64,000 nt of DNA from Octopus bimaculoides (Eukaryota): assembly GCF_001194135.2 (NCBI RefSeq), contig NC_068988.1, positions 17,888,542-17,952,541 of the forward strand. The letters run 5' to 3'. Each line of letters opens with the position of its first letter. Position 1 is the stretch's first letter. The position numbers were made by a program, and so were the translations under genes. Below the pieces are notes generated by a model. The model searched no databases, was not told where the DNA came from, and saw only the letters and a program-made list of their open reading frames with translations. Shown here piece after piece: positions 26,106-39,165 of the stretch.

Positions 26106-27708
26106 CAAACATTCCACCACATACGTTGTTTGTGGTATCAGCTCTATTAGCCGTATTTAGAAAGCTGTAAGTGTTTTTTAGAAAGGAAGTTTTGTTGAGT
26201 GTGTGTGTGTCATTTCTGTATATATTGGAAGGTTCTATGTAGAAGTTCATTTTATACAAGTTATTAATGTTCTAGTAGCAATAACAGTGATGGTGACGAT
26301 GATGGTGACAACAAGAACAATAACAACAACAACAATAATATGCCAAACTTTCAAACTTAGCGCTGTAAGATAGATACTGCCTTATTCAGCCACACCCTGA
26401 CGCACAGAGGGGAAGAGAGAGTGAGAGAGANNNNNNNNNNNNNNNNNNNNNNNNNNNNNNNNNNNNNNNNNNNNNNNNNNNNNNNNNNNNNNNNNNNNNN
26501 NNNNNNNNNNNNNNNNNNNNNNNNNNNNNNNNNNNNNNNNNNNNNNNNNNNNNNNNNNNNNNNNNNNNNNNNNNNNNNNNNNNNNNNNNNNNNNNNNNNN
26601 NNNNNNNNNNNNNNNNNNNNNNNNNNNNNNNNNNNNNNNNNNNNNNNNNNNNNNNNNNNNNNNNNNNNNNNNNNNNNNNNNNNNNNNNNNNNNNNNNNNN
26701 NNNNNNNNNNNNNNNNNNNNNNNNNNNNNNNNNNNNNNNNNNNNNNNNNNNNNNNNNNNNNNNNNNNNNNNNNNNNNNNNNNNNNNNNNNNNNNNNNNNN
26801 NNNNNNNNNNNNNNNNNNNNNNNNNNNNNNNNNNNNNNNNNNNNNNNNNNNNNNNNNNNNNNNNNNNNNNNNNNNNNNNNNNNNNNNNNNNNNNNNNNNN
26901 NNNNNNNNNNNNNNNNNNNNNNNNNNNNNNNNNNNNNNNNNNNNNNNNNNNNNNNNNNNNNNNNNNNNNNNNNNNNNNNNNNNNNNNNNNNNNNNNNNNN
27001 NNNNNNNNNNNNNNNNNNNNNNNNNNNNNNNNNNNNNNNNNNNNNNNNNNNNNNNNNNNNNNNNNNNNNNNNNNNNNNNNNNNNNNNNNNNNNNNNNNNN
27101 NNNNNNNNNNNNNNNNNNNNNNNNNNNNNNNNNNNNNNNNNNNNNNNNNNNNNNNNNNNNNNNNNTATATATATATATATATATGAGCGTGTCTTTAAGT
27201 TCTTTTTTTTGCCTCCAGCACATGACTACCAGTTGTGTCTGTTTATCAGCAAAAAATATAAACATTGGGGTCGATATGTTCGACTGAAAATCTTCCTAGG
27301 TGGTGCCATAGCACGGTCACAGTCCAGTGGCTGAAACAAATAAAACAGAAAAAATAAAAGACGTCATCAGTATCAAACACGGTTTTCTTTCGTGTCTTTT
27401 GATTGGCTAAGACTGTCGTCTGCTCTTTCCAATTTTTTCCCCACTTTGTTTTAGCCAAACAGAAATATTCAGAATTCGTTTACATTTAACTTATTTAACT
27501 TATTTAAACAGTAATTTTATTTGATGTCGTGTTAGGATAATAACTATGGGAAATATATCGGTAAGTACCTTAACATGATACTTATTTAACATTTTTATAA
27601 TAATATATGACAGGCGGAGCTAAGGGTGGGTGGTTAACAAGCTCACTTACCGTCCATTCGGTTTCCAGTTTAGTACAGTGTGTATATATATATATACACA
27701 CACATGTA

Positions 27709-27843
27709 CTGCTGTGTCTGGAGAGAGTCATTTTCTTTTAGCCCCTTATAATTTAACACACCGGTAAATGAGTGGAAATTTTACTGGTGAGTGTGTTAAA
27801 TTATAAGGCATTAAAAGAGAATGAATCTCCCCAGACACAACAG
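27709..27843. mobile_element. 135-bp palindromic MITE-like element
   Basis: Arms of about 60 bp (ctgctgtgtctggagagagtcatt...ccggtaaa / tttactggt...ccagacacaacag) around an 11-nt spacer; TA on the left flank only. Confidence 0.8.
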
Positions 27844-27902
27844 AATATGCTTCAATACACGAACTCAAATAAAGAATCTTGCAAACCAAATCCAAAAAGG
27901 AA

Positions 27903-27974
<72 letters not shown>

Positions 27975-28402
27975 ATGTATATATATAGATACATGGATAG
28001 ATAAATGTGTGTATATACACATATATGTGCATATATATAGATAGGTAAATGTCCGGGTGGAGAATTATAACAGATATAGTATTATACAAAATACCGAAAG
28101 GATCTTCACCTCTTACATCACACATTTCTTCTTACTTCAACGTCGAGATGGTATAATTTCATGGGAGAGAGATAATTTTGCGGCTGAAGATAGCTTTACA
28201 TTGTAGATTATACACATATTATGTTATGTTATATTATGTTATGTTATGTTATATTATATTATGTTATATTATATTATACACATGTAGAGCTTGAAACACG
28301 TGTACCGCGGAATCCTTTGTAGTTTTGTTGTTATTTTTTTCTTTTGGATTTACAATTTAGATAGATAAATAGATAGATACACATGTATGTATATATACAT
28401 AC

Positions 28403-28474
<72 letters not shown>

Positions 28475-28819
28475 CAGTGGAGAGAGACAGAGAAAGAGAG
28501 AGTTTGGCAGGTGAATACGTATTATACATATGAAGCTATAAAGCTGTATTTGTCAGGGTTTGTCCTTGCATTGATTTTTATAATACCGGAGCCCCTAGTG
28601 CCACAGCATGGCCATTAATGATAAGCTTGAACAGGTAAATGTGTAAATCTTTGTAGATCAGTCTTTGTAGATCAGTCCACAAGCAGACACCAACTCAAGT
28701 ACATATTTGCAAATCCTAGGAACTAACTACACACAGAATGTCTTGCCATCTTGTAAGCGACCGTCTTAGAAATCATCATGAATTTAAATAAAACTTAAAG
28801 AAAAACATACATGCATACG

Positions 28820-28911
28820 CAGTCCCACTGCGTGACACCTCGGGCAAGTGTCTTGTGCTGACCAAAGCCTTGTGAGTGGATTTGGTAGACGAAAACTGAA
28901 AGAAGCCTGTC

Positions 28912-28958
<47 letters not shown>

Positions 28959-30190
28959 GTATATATATATATATATATATATATANNNNNNNNNNNNNNN
29001 NNNNNNNNNNNNNNNNNNNNNNNNNNNNNNNNNNNNNNNNNNNNNNNNNNNNNNNNNNNNNNNNNNNNNNNNNNNNNNNNNNNNNNNNNNNNNNNNNNNN
29101 NNNNNNNNNNNNNNNNNNNNNNNNNNNNNNNNNNNNNNNNNNNNNNNNNNNNNNNNNNNNNNNNNNNNNNNNNNNNNNNNNNNNNNNNNNNNNNNNNNNN
29201 NNNNNNNNNNNNNNNNNNNNNNNNNNNNNNNNNNNNNNNNNNNNNNNNNNNNNNNNNNNNNNNNNNNNNNNNNNNNNNNNNNNNNNNNNNNNNNNNNNNN
29301 NNNNNNNNNNNNNNNNNNNNNNNNNNNNNNNNNNNNNNNNNNNNNNNNNNNNNNNNNNNNNNNNNNNNNNNNNNNNNNNNNNNNNNNNNNNNNNNNNNNN
29401 NNNNNNNNNNNNNNNNNNNNNNNNNNNNNNNNNNNNNNNNNNNNNNNNNNNNNNNNNNNNNNNNNNNNNNNNNNNNNNNNNNNNNNNNNNNNNNNNNNNN
29501 NNNNNNNNNNNNNNNNNNNNNNNNNNNNNNNNNNNNNNNNNNNNNNNNNNNNNNNNNNNNNNNNNNNNNNNNNNNNNNNNNNNNNNNNNNNNNNNNNNNN
29601 NNNNNNNNNNNNNNNNNNNNNNNNNNNNNNNNNNNNNNNNNNNNNNNNNNNNNNNNNNNNNNNNNNNNNNNNNNNNNNNNNNNNNNNNNNNNNNNNNNNN
29701 NNNNNNNNNNNNNNNNNNNNNNNNNNNNNNNNNNNNNNNNNNNNNNNNNNNNNNNNNNNNNNNNNNNNNNNNNNNNNNNNNNNNNNNNNNNNNNNNNNNN
29801 NNNNNNNNNNNNNNNNNNNNNNNNNNNNNNNTATATATATATATGGGGATGTTTCTATGTGGCCTGCTTGTTTGTTGCACCTTGTTTACCATTTTTGTCC
29901 TTGTTCTTTTGCCACGTCATGTACCCAGTTATGTATCTATATGTACATGTGGATGAACGTATATACATACATGTACATATATATGCATATACTCATATAT
30001 TGTTTATATATATGTATATATATATATATATACAGTGGGAGAGAGATGTTTATAACTATGTTAGAGTCTTTGTATCTGTGTTTGTGTACCACCATACCAC
30101 TTGATAACCGGTATTGATGTGCTTAAGTCCCCGTTACTTAACGGTTCAGCAAAGGAGACCATTGGAATAAGTACTAGGCTTTAAAAATAA
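28820..30190 (+). mobile_element. SINE family A head (28820-28920) and body (30065-30190) separated by (TA)n, an assembly gap and a family I insert
   Basis: Both parts match family A in the same orientation; that they belong to one element is inferred across a gap. Confidence 0.6.
29845..29950 (+). mobile_element. Short copy of repeat family I embedded in (TA)n
   Basis: Reverse complement of 56460-56564 with one substitution and one single-base indel in about 105 bp. Confidence 0.9.
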
Positions 30191-30397
30191 TTGTACACGT
30201 TTGTGTGTGGAAATCTCAACCGCTTACGTCTTAATTCAGATGTAGTTAATTCAGCTGATCAAATAACTGAATCCTCGCCGACGAGTGACAGAGATCCACA
30301 AGTACATTATGTAATTAAACTATCACTCTTGACCATGTATGTATATGCTATGAACACGTTTGTTTCACATAAAAGATGTGTGTATATATATATATAT

Positions 30398-30589
30398 ATG
30401 ATTGACTGTTGACTGAACACTATTCATTTTTTTTTCTCCGTGTTTTTCTCCTTGTCTCCGTATTCTTTCTGTTGAAGAGCGTAGCTCGAAACGTTAAAGA
30501 CTTTCCGTATTCCCGAGCGTCATACTAATACATCCTTTTGTTGTTTACACCACCTGTCCTCGTCTGTTGTTCTTTCGTACATCCTCCCA
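30398..30589 (+). mobile_element. Repeat family B (Penelope-like terminal segment) carrying a hammerhead-like motif and ending in (TA)n
   Basis: Homologous to 39388-39619 (gaagagc..gctc.aaac.ttaaagacttt...atactaataca...acaccacctgtc.tcgtctgttgtt). The link to Penelope-like elements is inferred from the motif. Confidence 0.75.
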
Positions 30590-31064
30590 TATATATATAT
30601 ATATATATANNNNNNNNNNNNNNNNNNNNNNNNNNNNNNNNNNNNNNNNNNNNNNNNNNNNNNNNNNNNNNNNNNNNNNNNNNNNNNNNNNNNNNNNNNN
30701 NNNNNNNNNNNNNNNNNNNNNNNNNNNNNNNNNNNNNNNNNNNNNNNNNNNNNNNNNNNNNNNNNNNNNNNNNNNNNNNNNNNNNNNNNNNNNNNNNNNN
30801 NNNNNNNNNNNNNNNNNNNNNNNNNNNNNNNNNNNNNNNNNNNNNNNNNNNNNNNNNNNNNNNNNNNNNNNNNNNNNNNNNNNNNNNNNNNNNNNNNNNN
30901 NNNNNNNNNNNNNNNNNNNNNNNNNNNNNNNNNNNNNNNNNNNNNNNNNACCGTTAAGTTACGGGGACGTAACAAAATGTTGTCAAGCGGTAGTGACACA
31001 CACACACACACACACACATACACATACACATATATGTATGTATATGTGTATGCATATGTGTATG

Positions 31065-31132
<68 letters not shown>

Positions 31133-31754
31133 TGTATGTGTGTGTGCGCACATATATATAAGTGTGGAGTATCCTTCTCTCTTTGTTTCTTGCCTGTATG
31201 TATAGTGTCTGTTATGCTTTTTCACGCATTCCTTAAACTAAGAAATGTCGTATGCTTCTTCCAAATTATATAAAATGTATTTGTACATCGACAACTTCAA
31301 ATATTCCAATACCATTTGTAGTGAAATTAGAACTGATATATATATATATATATATATATATTCAGTAAAAGACGAAGTACTGCTAAAATGCTCATTTGAC
31401 ATTTACTTGTATAGCAGCAGTCTTCTTCTTTATCGACTAAAAATAACAAAAGGAAGGAAAATTGCATTTGTTCTTTCAATTGTTGTGATTTACTGTACTG
31501 GAAAATTATAATCGGTGCATGAGGAAGTACGTTTCTCAGACGATTAAAAGCCGTTTATGAAATAGAATCATTTCTATTTTGAGGTAACATACATTTTTAA
31601 TATATAGATGGAAGACTTTCTTAGGAATAAATGAAGGATAAGGTGTTTGTAAGCGGGCGTAGGTAGTCGAAGATTCGTTAATTGTACCTTCACTTAGGCC
31701 AGTGGAACCCCGAGCATCTCAGAAAGTAGTAGTAAAAGATCAATCAGTCTAGAT

Positions 31755-31970
31755 CAGTGGTTCATATTTTATTCAGGTGGAGTGTCATAGCCACTCGATG
31801 TTTTAAAGTCCTATATGTTTGTATTTAAATATTGTTAGGAACTGTATAAAAATTTTGTTAGAATATTTCGAGTACTATGGAGGTATAACTAATTTATTGC
31901 ACACAAATTTTAACAGCAAAATCTTATGTGAACCTCTAATGGTCGTATGGATGCCGGTTGAGAACCACTG
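31755..31970. mobile_element. hAT-type MITE, 216 bp
   Basis: Termini cagtggttc... / ...gaaccactg; 8-bp TSD GTCTAGAT / GTCTTGAT, matching the NTCTAGAN target typical of Charlie-type hATs. Confidence 0.88.
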
Positions 31971-32169
31971 GTCTTGATGGCTCTGGCTAAAACGAAGTGA
32001 TTAGTGGTGCCAATAGAATGCCACTGAGGCAAAGATCGGGTCACTCGGTTGGTGTATATTTTAAGACCGAAACACGGGTCTCCAGGATAAATAAGTAACG
32101 ATGTATCCAGGCACTACATTTTTAGATGTATATAAAACTGGTTTGTTCCAACCGCCGCTTGACAAGTTA

Positions 32170-32495
32170 GCCCTATGTAAGGGTCTTCTATTTAGCCTCA
32201 GGTCAACAGATCCTTGGGAGTGAATTTGGTGGAAACCCACCGCGCGCGCGCATGTGTGTGCGTGTCATTGGTGTGTGTGTGTGTGTGTCTGTGTGATTGT
32301 GTTTGTGTTCGTCCTAATCACCGCTTGACAACTGGTGCTGGTTTGTTTATGTCCCCATAAATTAAGGGTTCGGCAAAGTAAACCACTGGAGTAAGCACCA
32401 GACTTTAAAAATAAGTACTGGGGTCGATGAGCTAGGCATACTTTAAGTTAGTGCACCAGCATAGCTGCGGTCCAATGACTGAAACAAGAAAATGA
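32170..32495 (+). mobile_element. Old SINE family A copy
   Basis: accgcttgacaactggtgctggtttgtttatgtccccataa...aataagtactggggtcgat...caatgactgaaacaag. Confidence 0.75.
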
Positions 32496-32687
32496 TAGTT
32501 TTATGGTTTGTACTTTTATAAGAAAAGTCTTCAAGGTCTCGGTTTGCTGCTATCTTATTTTCCTTCTAAATCATTCTATCGCCAAAACTCCATTATAGCT
32601 TTGACTTAAAAAGACTTCTGCCAATATCTTTTTAATTTTTCTTTGTGGGGNNNNNNNNNNNNNNNNNNNNNNNNNNNNNNNNNNNNN

Positions 32688-33060
32688 ACTTGTTTCGGTC
32701 ATTGCACTGCAACCATGCTGGAAGACCGCCTTGAACGATACGACTTTTTTTTTTTTTTTTCTTTCCAGTCAACTACTTTCTCTATAAGTCTCTTCGGCCG
32801 AAAAGATAAGTTACAAGGATATGAACGAACCAACACCGAACGTCAAGCAATAGTGGGAGACAGACACAAACACAAAGATACACGCACTTACACACACACA
32901 CACACACACGACGAGCTCCTTTCAGTTTCTGTTTACCAAATCCAGTCACAAGGCTTCAGTCAGTCCGGTATAAGACACATGCCCAAGATACCACACAATG
33001 GAGTAGAACTCAGAACCATGCAGTTGGGAAGCAACTGCTTCTTACCACACAGTCATGCCC
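32688..33060 (-). mobile_element. Diverged SINE family A copy
   Basis: acttgtttcggtcatt...cgacgagctcctttcagtttc...cttcttaccacacag. Confidence 0.8.
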
Positions 33061-33114
33061 AGTCAATAGTATGGATTACACCAAACAACAGATTCTTTTT
33101 TATCTTTTTGTCAG

Positions 33115-33154
33115 GAGAAAAGACAGCGCCTCGGAGCTTTACACGAACGAGTGG
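33115..33154 (+). CDS. Candidate 40-nt exon of an unidentified host gene
   Basis: ttcttttttatctttttgtcag| GC-rich 40 nt |gtaaga; strong sites, unique sequence. Frames: EKRQRLGALHERV, RKDSASELYTNEW, EKTAPRSFTRTS. Confidence 0.5.
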
Positions 33155-33334
33155 GTAAGAGGAAACCGATTACCCTTAAACTAGAGATATGGCCCGAATT
33201 TTTGCAATAGAGGAAATTCCTAAAGCTTTTGTCCCTTAAGCTGGAGATGATAGTTCAATATTGGGATTGATCCTTCTCTCTCTCTCTTTCTCTCTCTCTC
33301 TCTTTCTTTCTCTCTCTCTCTCTCTCTCTTTCTT

Positions 33335-33365
<31 letters not shown>

Positions 33366-34778
33366 TCTCTCCCCTCTCTATCCCTCCGCTCCATATATAT
33401 ANNNNNNNNNNNNNNNNNNNNNNNNNNNNNNNNNNNNNNNNNNNNNNNNNNNNNNNNNNNNNNNNNNNNNNNNNNNNNNNNNNNNNNNNNNNNNNNNNNN
33501 NNNNNNNNNNNNNNNNNNNNATATATTTATATGTATGTATAAATAATACAAAATGGGACAAGGACGCAAAACATCCAGACAGTTAGGTGATACACGAAAG
33601 GGACAAAACATACAGATAGACGATACAAAGAAAACACGGACATGTCATTATATATAGGATGGATATGCTTGCACATATACGTGTGTATGTGTGTGTGTGT
33701 GTGTGCGCGCATATGTATGTATGTATGTATGTATGCATGTATGTATTACTCGAAGTCCTCCATCACGTGGATTCACCACCTACCCCGATAACATCATTGA
33801 CGACACATTTTAGATGGATTGTCCGTGCAGAATATGCTACCGATAGAAGAATTCGCTAAGTTCAACTAATATCAGGAATATAGAATGTAAAGTTTTAGAT
33901 CCTGTACTTTCATTTGAAAATGAGTAAAAGAAATTAGAAAAAGTTGGACGGGAAACATGTTAGAAGAAATAATCTTAATAATTTGTAAACGAAGGGACAT
34001 AACCCTCACGTAAGGGAAATAATGCGTCTCTGTTGTGAAATAATAAGCTATTTAAAATCAAAAGAATATTTGTTTGATATATTTAATGATATGTTCATTA
34101 AATAATGCTTAAAGCCTATTTTATCCTATTTTGTGTCTGTTTTTGTTTTGTTTCTTTTTATATCTTCGATTGTTTTTGATAATTAAGCTTTGGCGAAGAA
34201 ATTCATTTGATATGACGACTTCGTTGTTACGTTTTTGAAAAGGATTTTATTTCTATAAGCATCGTAACGCTCTGTGAATTTATGTCCTACAAATCTAAAA
34301 TCATCCAGGATATTTTAACAACATACTGGAATTTTGTGAAAAATATTATTCGTCTGATTTCTTACATATTACTCTGTTCAACACTTCGAATCTATCATAC
34401 ATACTTTTACGTGCATAGTTTATTAAAATAAAGTCAAAATAAATTATAGCGAAAAATATAAATAAACACCCTTTTTTTATGTTAAAAGGTCTCACGTTTT
34501 CTAACTCAGTTATTAATTTATTTATTTATTCATTTATAGCTTTGTTAAAAGTGAAATATCATTACTTGAATGGAAAATATAATGCTATCTGACAGCTGTC
34601 AACCGTTATGTATAGAGGAAATTAAAAATACCATTAAATGTTCTGCGCATCACTTTCGCAATAACCTGGGTACTTAAGGGTGCATTTTCTAGCAAGGAAC
34701 ACTAGTAAAGGATATGGAGGAAGTTAACATGACTATTTTGTTTATTCATTTACGGCTACTTGTCTGCCATTTATTTTA

Positions 34779-35190
34779 TTACTCTTTCACTCTTTTACTT
34801 GTTTCAGTCATTTGACTGCGGCCATGCTGGAGCACCGGCTTTAGTCGAGCAAATCGACCCCAGGACTTATTCTTTGGAAGCCTAGTACTTATTATATCGG
34901 ATTCTTTTGCCGAACCGCTAAGTTACGGGGACGTAAACACACCACCATCGGTTGTCAAGCGATGATAGGGAGACAAACACAACCACACATACATATATAT
35001 ATATATANNNNNNNNNNNNNNNNNNNNNNNTATATATAGATACGACGGGCTTCTTTCAGTTTCCGTCTACCAAATCCATTCACAAGGCTTTAGTCTGTCC
35101 GAGGCTATAGTAGAAGACACTTACCCAAGGCGCCACACAGTGGGACTGAATCCGGAACCATGTGGTTGGTAAGCAAACTACTTACCACAC
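34779..35190 (-). mobile_element. Near full-length SINE family A
   Basis: Same tail, body, central (TA)n with small gap, and head as 12059-12527. Confidence 0.95.
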
Positions 35191-35984
35191 ATGGTAGATA
35201 ATGATTGTACCGTTTTATAAATAATTACTAGAATTTTAAAACATCGTAAGATCAACAAGAATTTGGTGAAAAAGAAAACAATAGCCATTATATAGGTTTC
35301 CCAGCGTCTCCAACTTTTCAACCTAAGGTGGTGAATTATTTGGGGATTTTTTTCTCTTTTTTCTTTCTCGCTTTTCTTCTTTTCAATTTTTTCAATTGTA
35401 TTCTCTGCTTTGTCCAATTTTCTAATTTAATTTTGTAAAACAGTAAACACTGTGAAGACAATAAACTACGGATGCTCTTATGCTGGAAATAGCTGTCATC
35501 ACATGGCTTTTTTTCCTAAGATTTATAATAGGGAACAGTTTTAAAAAATGAGGAATAAAATGAGTAAAGAAAAAAATGAAGAAGCTAGTAAATAAATATG
35601 CAAAATAAAGAAATATGAACACTTTCTCAATTATACATCACTTCAAGGGAACACTTGAGACAGTTATCCAACGCTCAGCAAAGGGCGCATTATTTTTATA
35701 TTGATGTTTACCAGCTGTTGGAAGTATTTGGATGAGGTTTCGCAGAACTCGTCCAAAAGCTTTCAACAGTGAACCCCGTTAAAGATATCAAGGGAAAACG
35801 TCACCAGATTTAACACCACGACGGCAGCACCATTTGGCTCCCGGGAGTTTGTAATAGGGTCCACTTTGTTGCATATATTAAGATTGACTTGATGATACTT
35901 CCCTCCTTCCATCACTCCCTCTCACCAGTGTGTAAAGGGTTATGGGAACAGCTTATTTGCATGACTAAAACATTAACAAAAACA

Positions 35985-36395
35985 AAAGATAATTCCACCA
36001 CTACTGCTTGACAACCGGTGTTGGTGTGTTAACGTTCCTGTAACTAAACGGTTCGGCAGAAAGATATTGATGTTGTAGTGCACCTGAGCACTGTATACAA
36101 CGATTTCATTATTATTATTAAGTACAAGAAGGCGGTGAGCTGGCAGAAACGTTAGCACGCCGGGCGAAACGCTTAACAGTATTTCATGGTCGATAAATTA
36201 AGTACCAGTTGCGTACTGGGGTAAATCAAATAGACTGGGCCCCCTATCCCAAAATTTCGGATCCTGTGCCTAGAGTAGAAACGATTATTAATAAGTACAA
36301 GGCTTAACAAAAGATAAGTATTGGAGTCGGTTCATTCGACTAAAAATACTTTGAGGCTGTACCCCAACATGGGTGCGGTGTACTGACTAAAAAGA
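35985..36395 (+). mobile_element. Nested stack: old SINE A body interrupted by a 47-nt (ATT)n-ended fragment (36072-36118) and an internally deleted SINE C (36129-36291)
   Basis: The C copy is flanked by a direct repeat TAAGTACAAG (36119-36128 and 36292-36301) that corresponds to host A sequence. Confidence 0.8.
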
Positions 36396-36751
36396 AAAAG
36401 GGAGAAAAAGAAATCCTAAGAAGAATCAAGGTATTTTCTAGATCCAGTGCTCCACATTAATAAATGAAACATTATTTGTCTATAAATGGATGGTGTGTAA
36501 AACACCAAATTGAGAGCCATAAATCCTCTCATCTAGTTTCATTTAGCGCCAATTCACTTAGCTTCTTAATTAGTTGTAAGTGTAAAAATAGTAATAACAT
36601 GTTTTTAATGTAAGTTGAGATTATTTTCAGTACAGAAAAATCTCACCCAAAATACTTTCAAGGGGAAATAATCGAGCTTTTGATTATAAGTTACTGGTCC
36701 TGATTTTGTTTTCCAACTATCGATCTCAGCATAAGAGACTAAGTGCACATG

Positions 36752-36921
<170 letters not shown>

Positions 36922-37125
36922 TACTTTGTCTTATATATTATAGCTACTTAATGTATATATTATCTTTTATCTTCTATTTCTTTCAGTCACTAGACTGCGA
37001 TGGTGCTGGGACACCGTCTTGACGGGGTTAGCCGAACAAATCGATTCCAATGCGTTTTTCTTAAGCCAACTACTTATTTCGTCGTTTTCTTTTTGCCGAA
37101 CCACAAATTACGAGACCATAAGCAA

Positions 37126-37385
37126 GAGTAACTGTGTGGTAAGAAGCTTGGCTCCCAACCACATGGTTCCGGGTTCAGTCCCACTGCATAGCACCTTGGG
37201 CAAGTAGCTTTTACTATAGCTTCGGGCCGATCAAAGCCTTGTAAGTGGATTTGATAGACGGAAACTGAAAGAAGCCCGTTGTGTGTGTGTGTATGTGTGT
37301 GTGTGTGTGTCTGTGTTTATCCCCCACCATCGCTTAACAACCGATGTTGGTGTGTCTACGTCCCCGTAACTTAGCGGTTCTGTAA
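37126..37385 (+). mobile_element. SINE family A, 3'-truncated, preceded by an old minus-strand A tail (36965-37125)
   Basis: Head gagtaactgtgtggtaagaagc...GGTTCAGTCCC and body through aacttagcggttc. Confidence 0.9.
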
Positions 37386-38921
37386 CTCGGCCTTTTTTCA
37401 TGTATGTAGGTAGAGATGTTGGCAACCCATTTCTACTTCTGGGAAGAGCTGGTCCATTGTAGTCTAGCCCCTATCTTTTGATTTGTCCAGCTTAGGAAGC
37501 CCTACCAATAGTTTCCGCTCAACTGGAATAGTTCTCAAGATTTTTGAGACACACAAGTCACTACACTTCATCAAGGACAATTCCTACTAGTCAGTATTTA
37601 GTTAGTACAGCGAAAGAAATATTCTTATACCGTTAGAGAAAACATCTCGATAGGTGAAGTACTGGAAACGTACTTAGGATTCAAATTTCTGTGAATATTG
37701 AAATATCAGCAGCGAAGAACACGTTGAACAACGTAATAAGTTCGTTTTTCGCTCGGGAAATTCTCTCACTCTAAATTATTTTTTTACAAAATAACAGAAG
37801 CCTACAAATATCCATGCGTACGTGAATTTTAGAAGTTAATTACAGGTTTAATGAATGTATAAAGGGACGTAACTTAAACTACCTATAGTAATAATGAAGT
37901 TACTTCCCTTCCAAAATAATTTGCATATAGCGTAGTTTCAGGTAAATAGAAAGTTGTACAATGATAATAAAGAAGTATAAATTAAATTGGACATTCTCTT
38001 ATAATTCAGAACATTATTCTTTTGAAAATATAGGTATTCTATGAGGAATTTCTTTTCTATTATCTACAATAATTTCCTTGGTCGGACCGAAACACTATAT
38101 CCAAGTCGCTCATATTTTTTTCGAGTTTATCTATTTTATTTGGCTGGAGAATCACCATTAATAATTAATTAACAGTAACAGACGAAAAGAGTGATCGTTG
38201 AGCTTTATGAGAAATCATCATCGAAAAAGACACGTTAATAATAATGTATTGTAAATAATGAATGTCGAGACGATTACTCGGTGAGATCCTCACAAAAATT
38301 CTTATCGCATGAGATATAAATTAACAAATGAGCTCAAATACACTATGGTATTCTTGTAATTATTGCCGGGTCCCTAGCTTTATACCCTTAAGTATCTATT
38401 AGTCACAAATATTTACATTTAGAATTATGTACAGTTTTGTTACTAACTTCCATGATATCAGAAGCAATACAAGTGTTACATAATAGTGAATGCTTTGTTT
38501 TTTATTATCATCTAAAACTGATAAATACGGGGCGACGTAATTTTACAGCGAGACGATATAACAACGCATATTAGTATAAATTTTATGTGAGTTGTTAATT
38601 AATAACACATGGTCATTTACGAAAAGGTTTAAAACTGATATAACAAAAAAAAATACTTTGCTGGGGTCCCATGTGTTATGTAATAGGTTCATGCTAGACA
38701 AGCAACACGCACACATTTATGTATACAGTATGTATGTATGTATAAATATATATGTATATGTGTGTGTATGACATGTCTATACGATATCTATATTTGTATA
38801 TATACATGTGTAAGTGTATATGTATGTGTGTGTGTCTGTCTATATATATGTGTGTGTGTGTATACTTATATACATGCATGTATGCATAGACTCACATACA
38901 TATATACCACATGTGTAAGTG

Positions 38922-38965
<44 letters not shown>

Positions 38966-39165
38966 CAGTAATATAGTTAATGTCTGATCATAGAGTGACA
39001 AATGGTTTCGTATCCATGAAGGCTGTAGCTTCATGGATAACTCATCAAATTCAAGTTCAAAGACCTCGAGCAGCATTTTCAAATAGACCTCATTGGAAGA
39101 TGTTCAGATATTCTTTGTAGAATAACCAATATCATAACATTCCATGTTTTCCGAGAGGTTGTGGC

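Noticed and set aside
39011-39039. 11-bp perfect hairpin TATCCATGAAG / CTTCATGGATA
   Set aside because: A stem of this length is roughly expected once by chance in this much AT-rich sequence.
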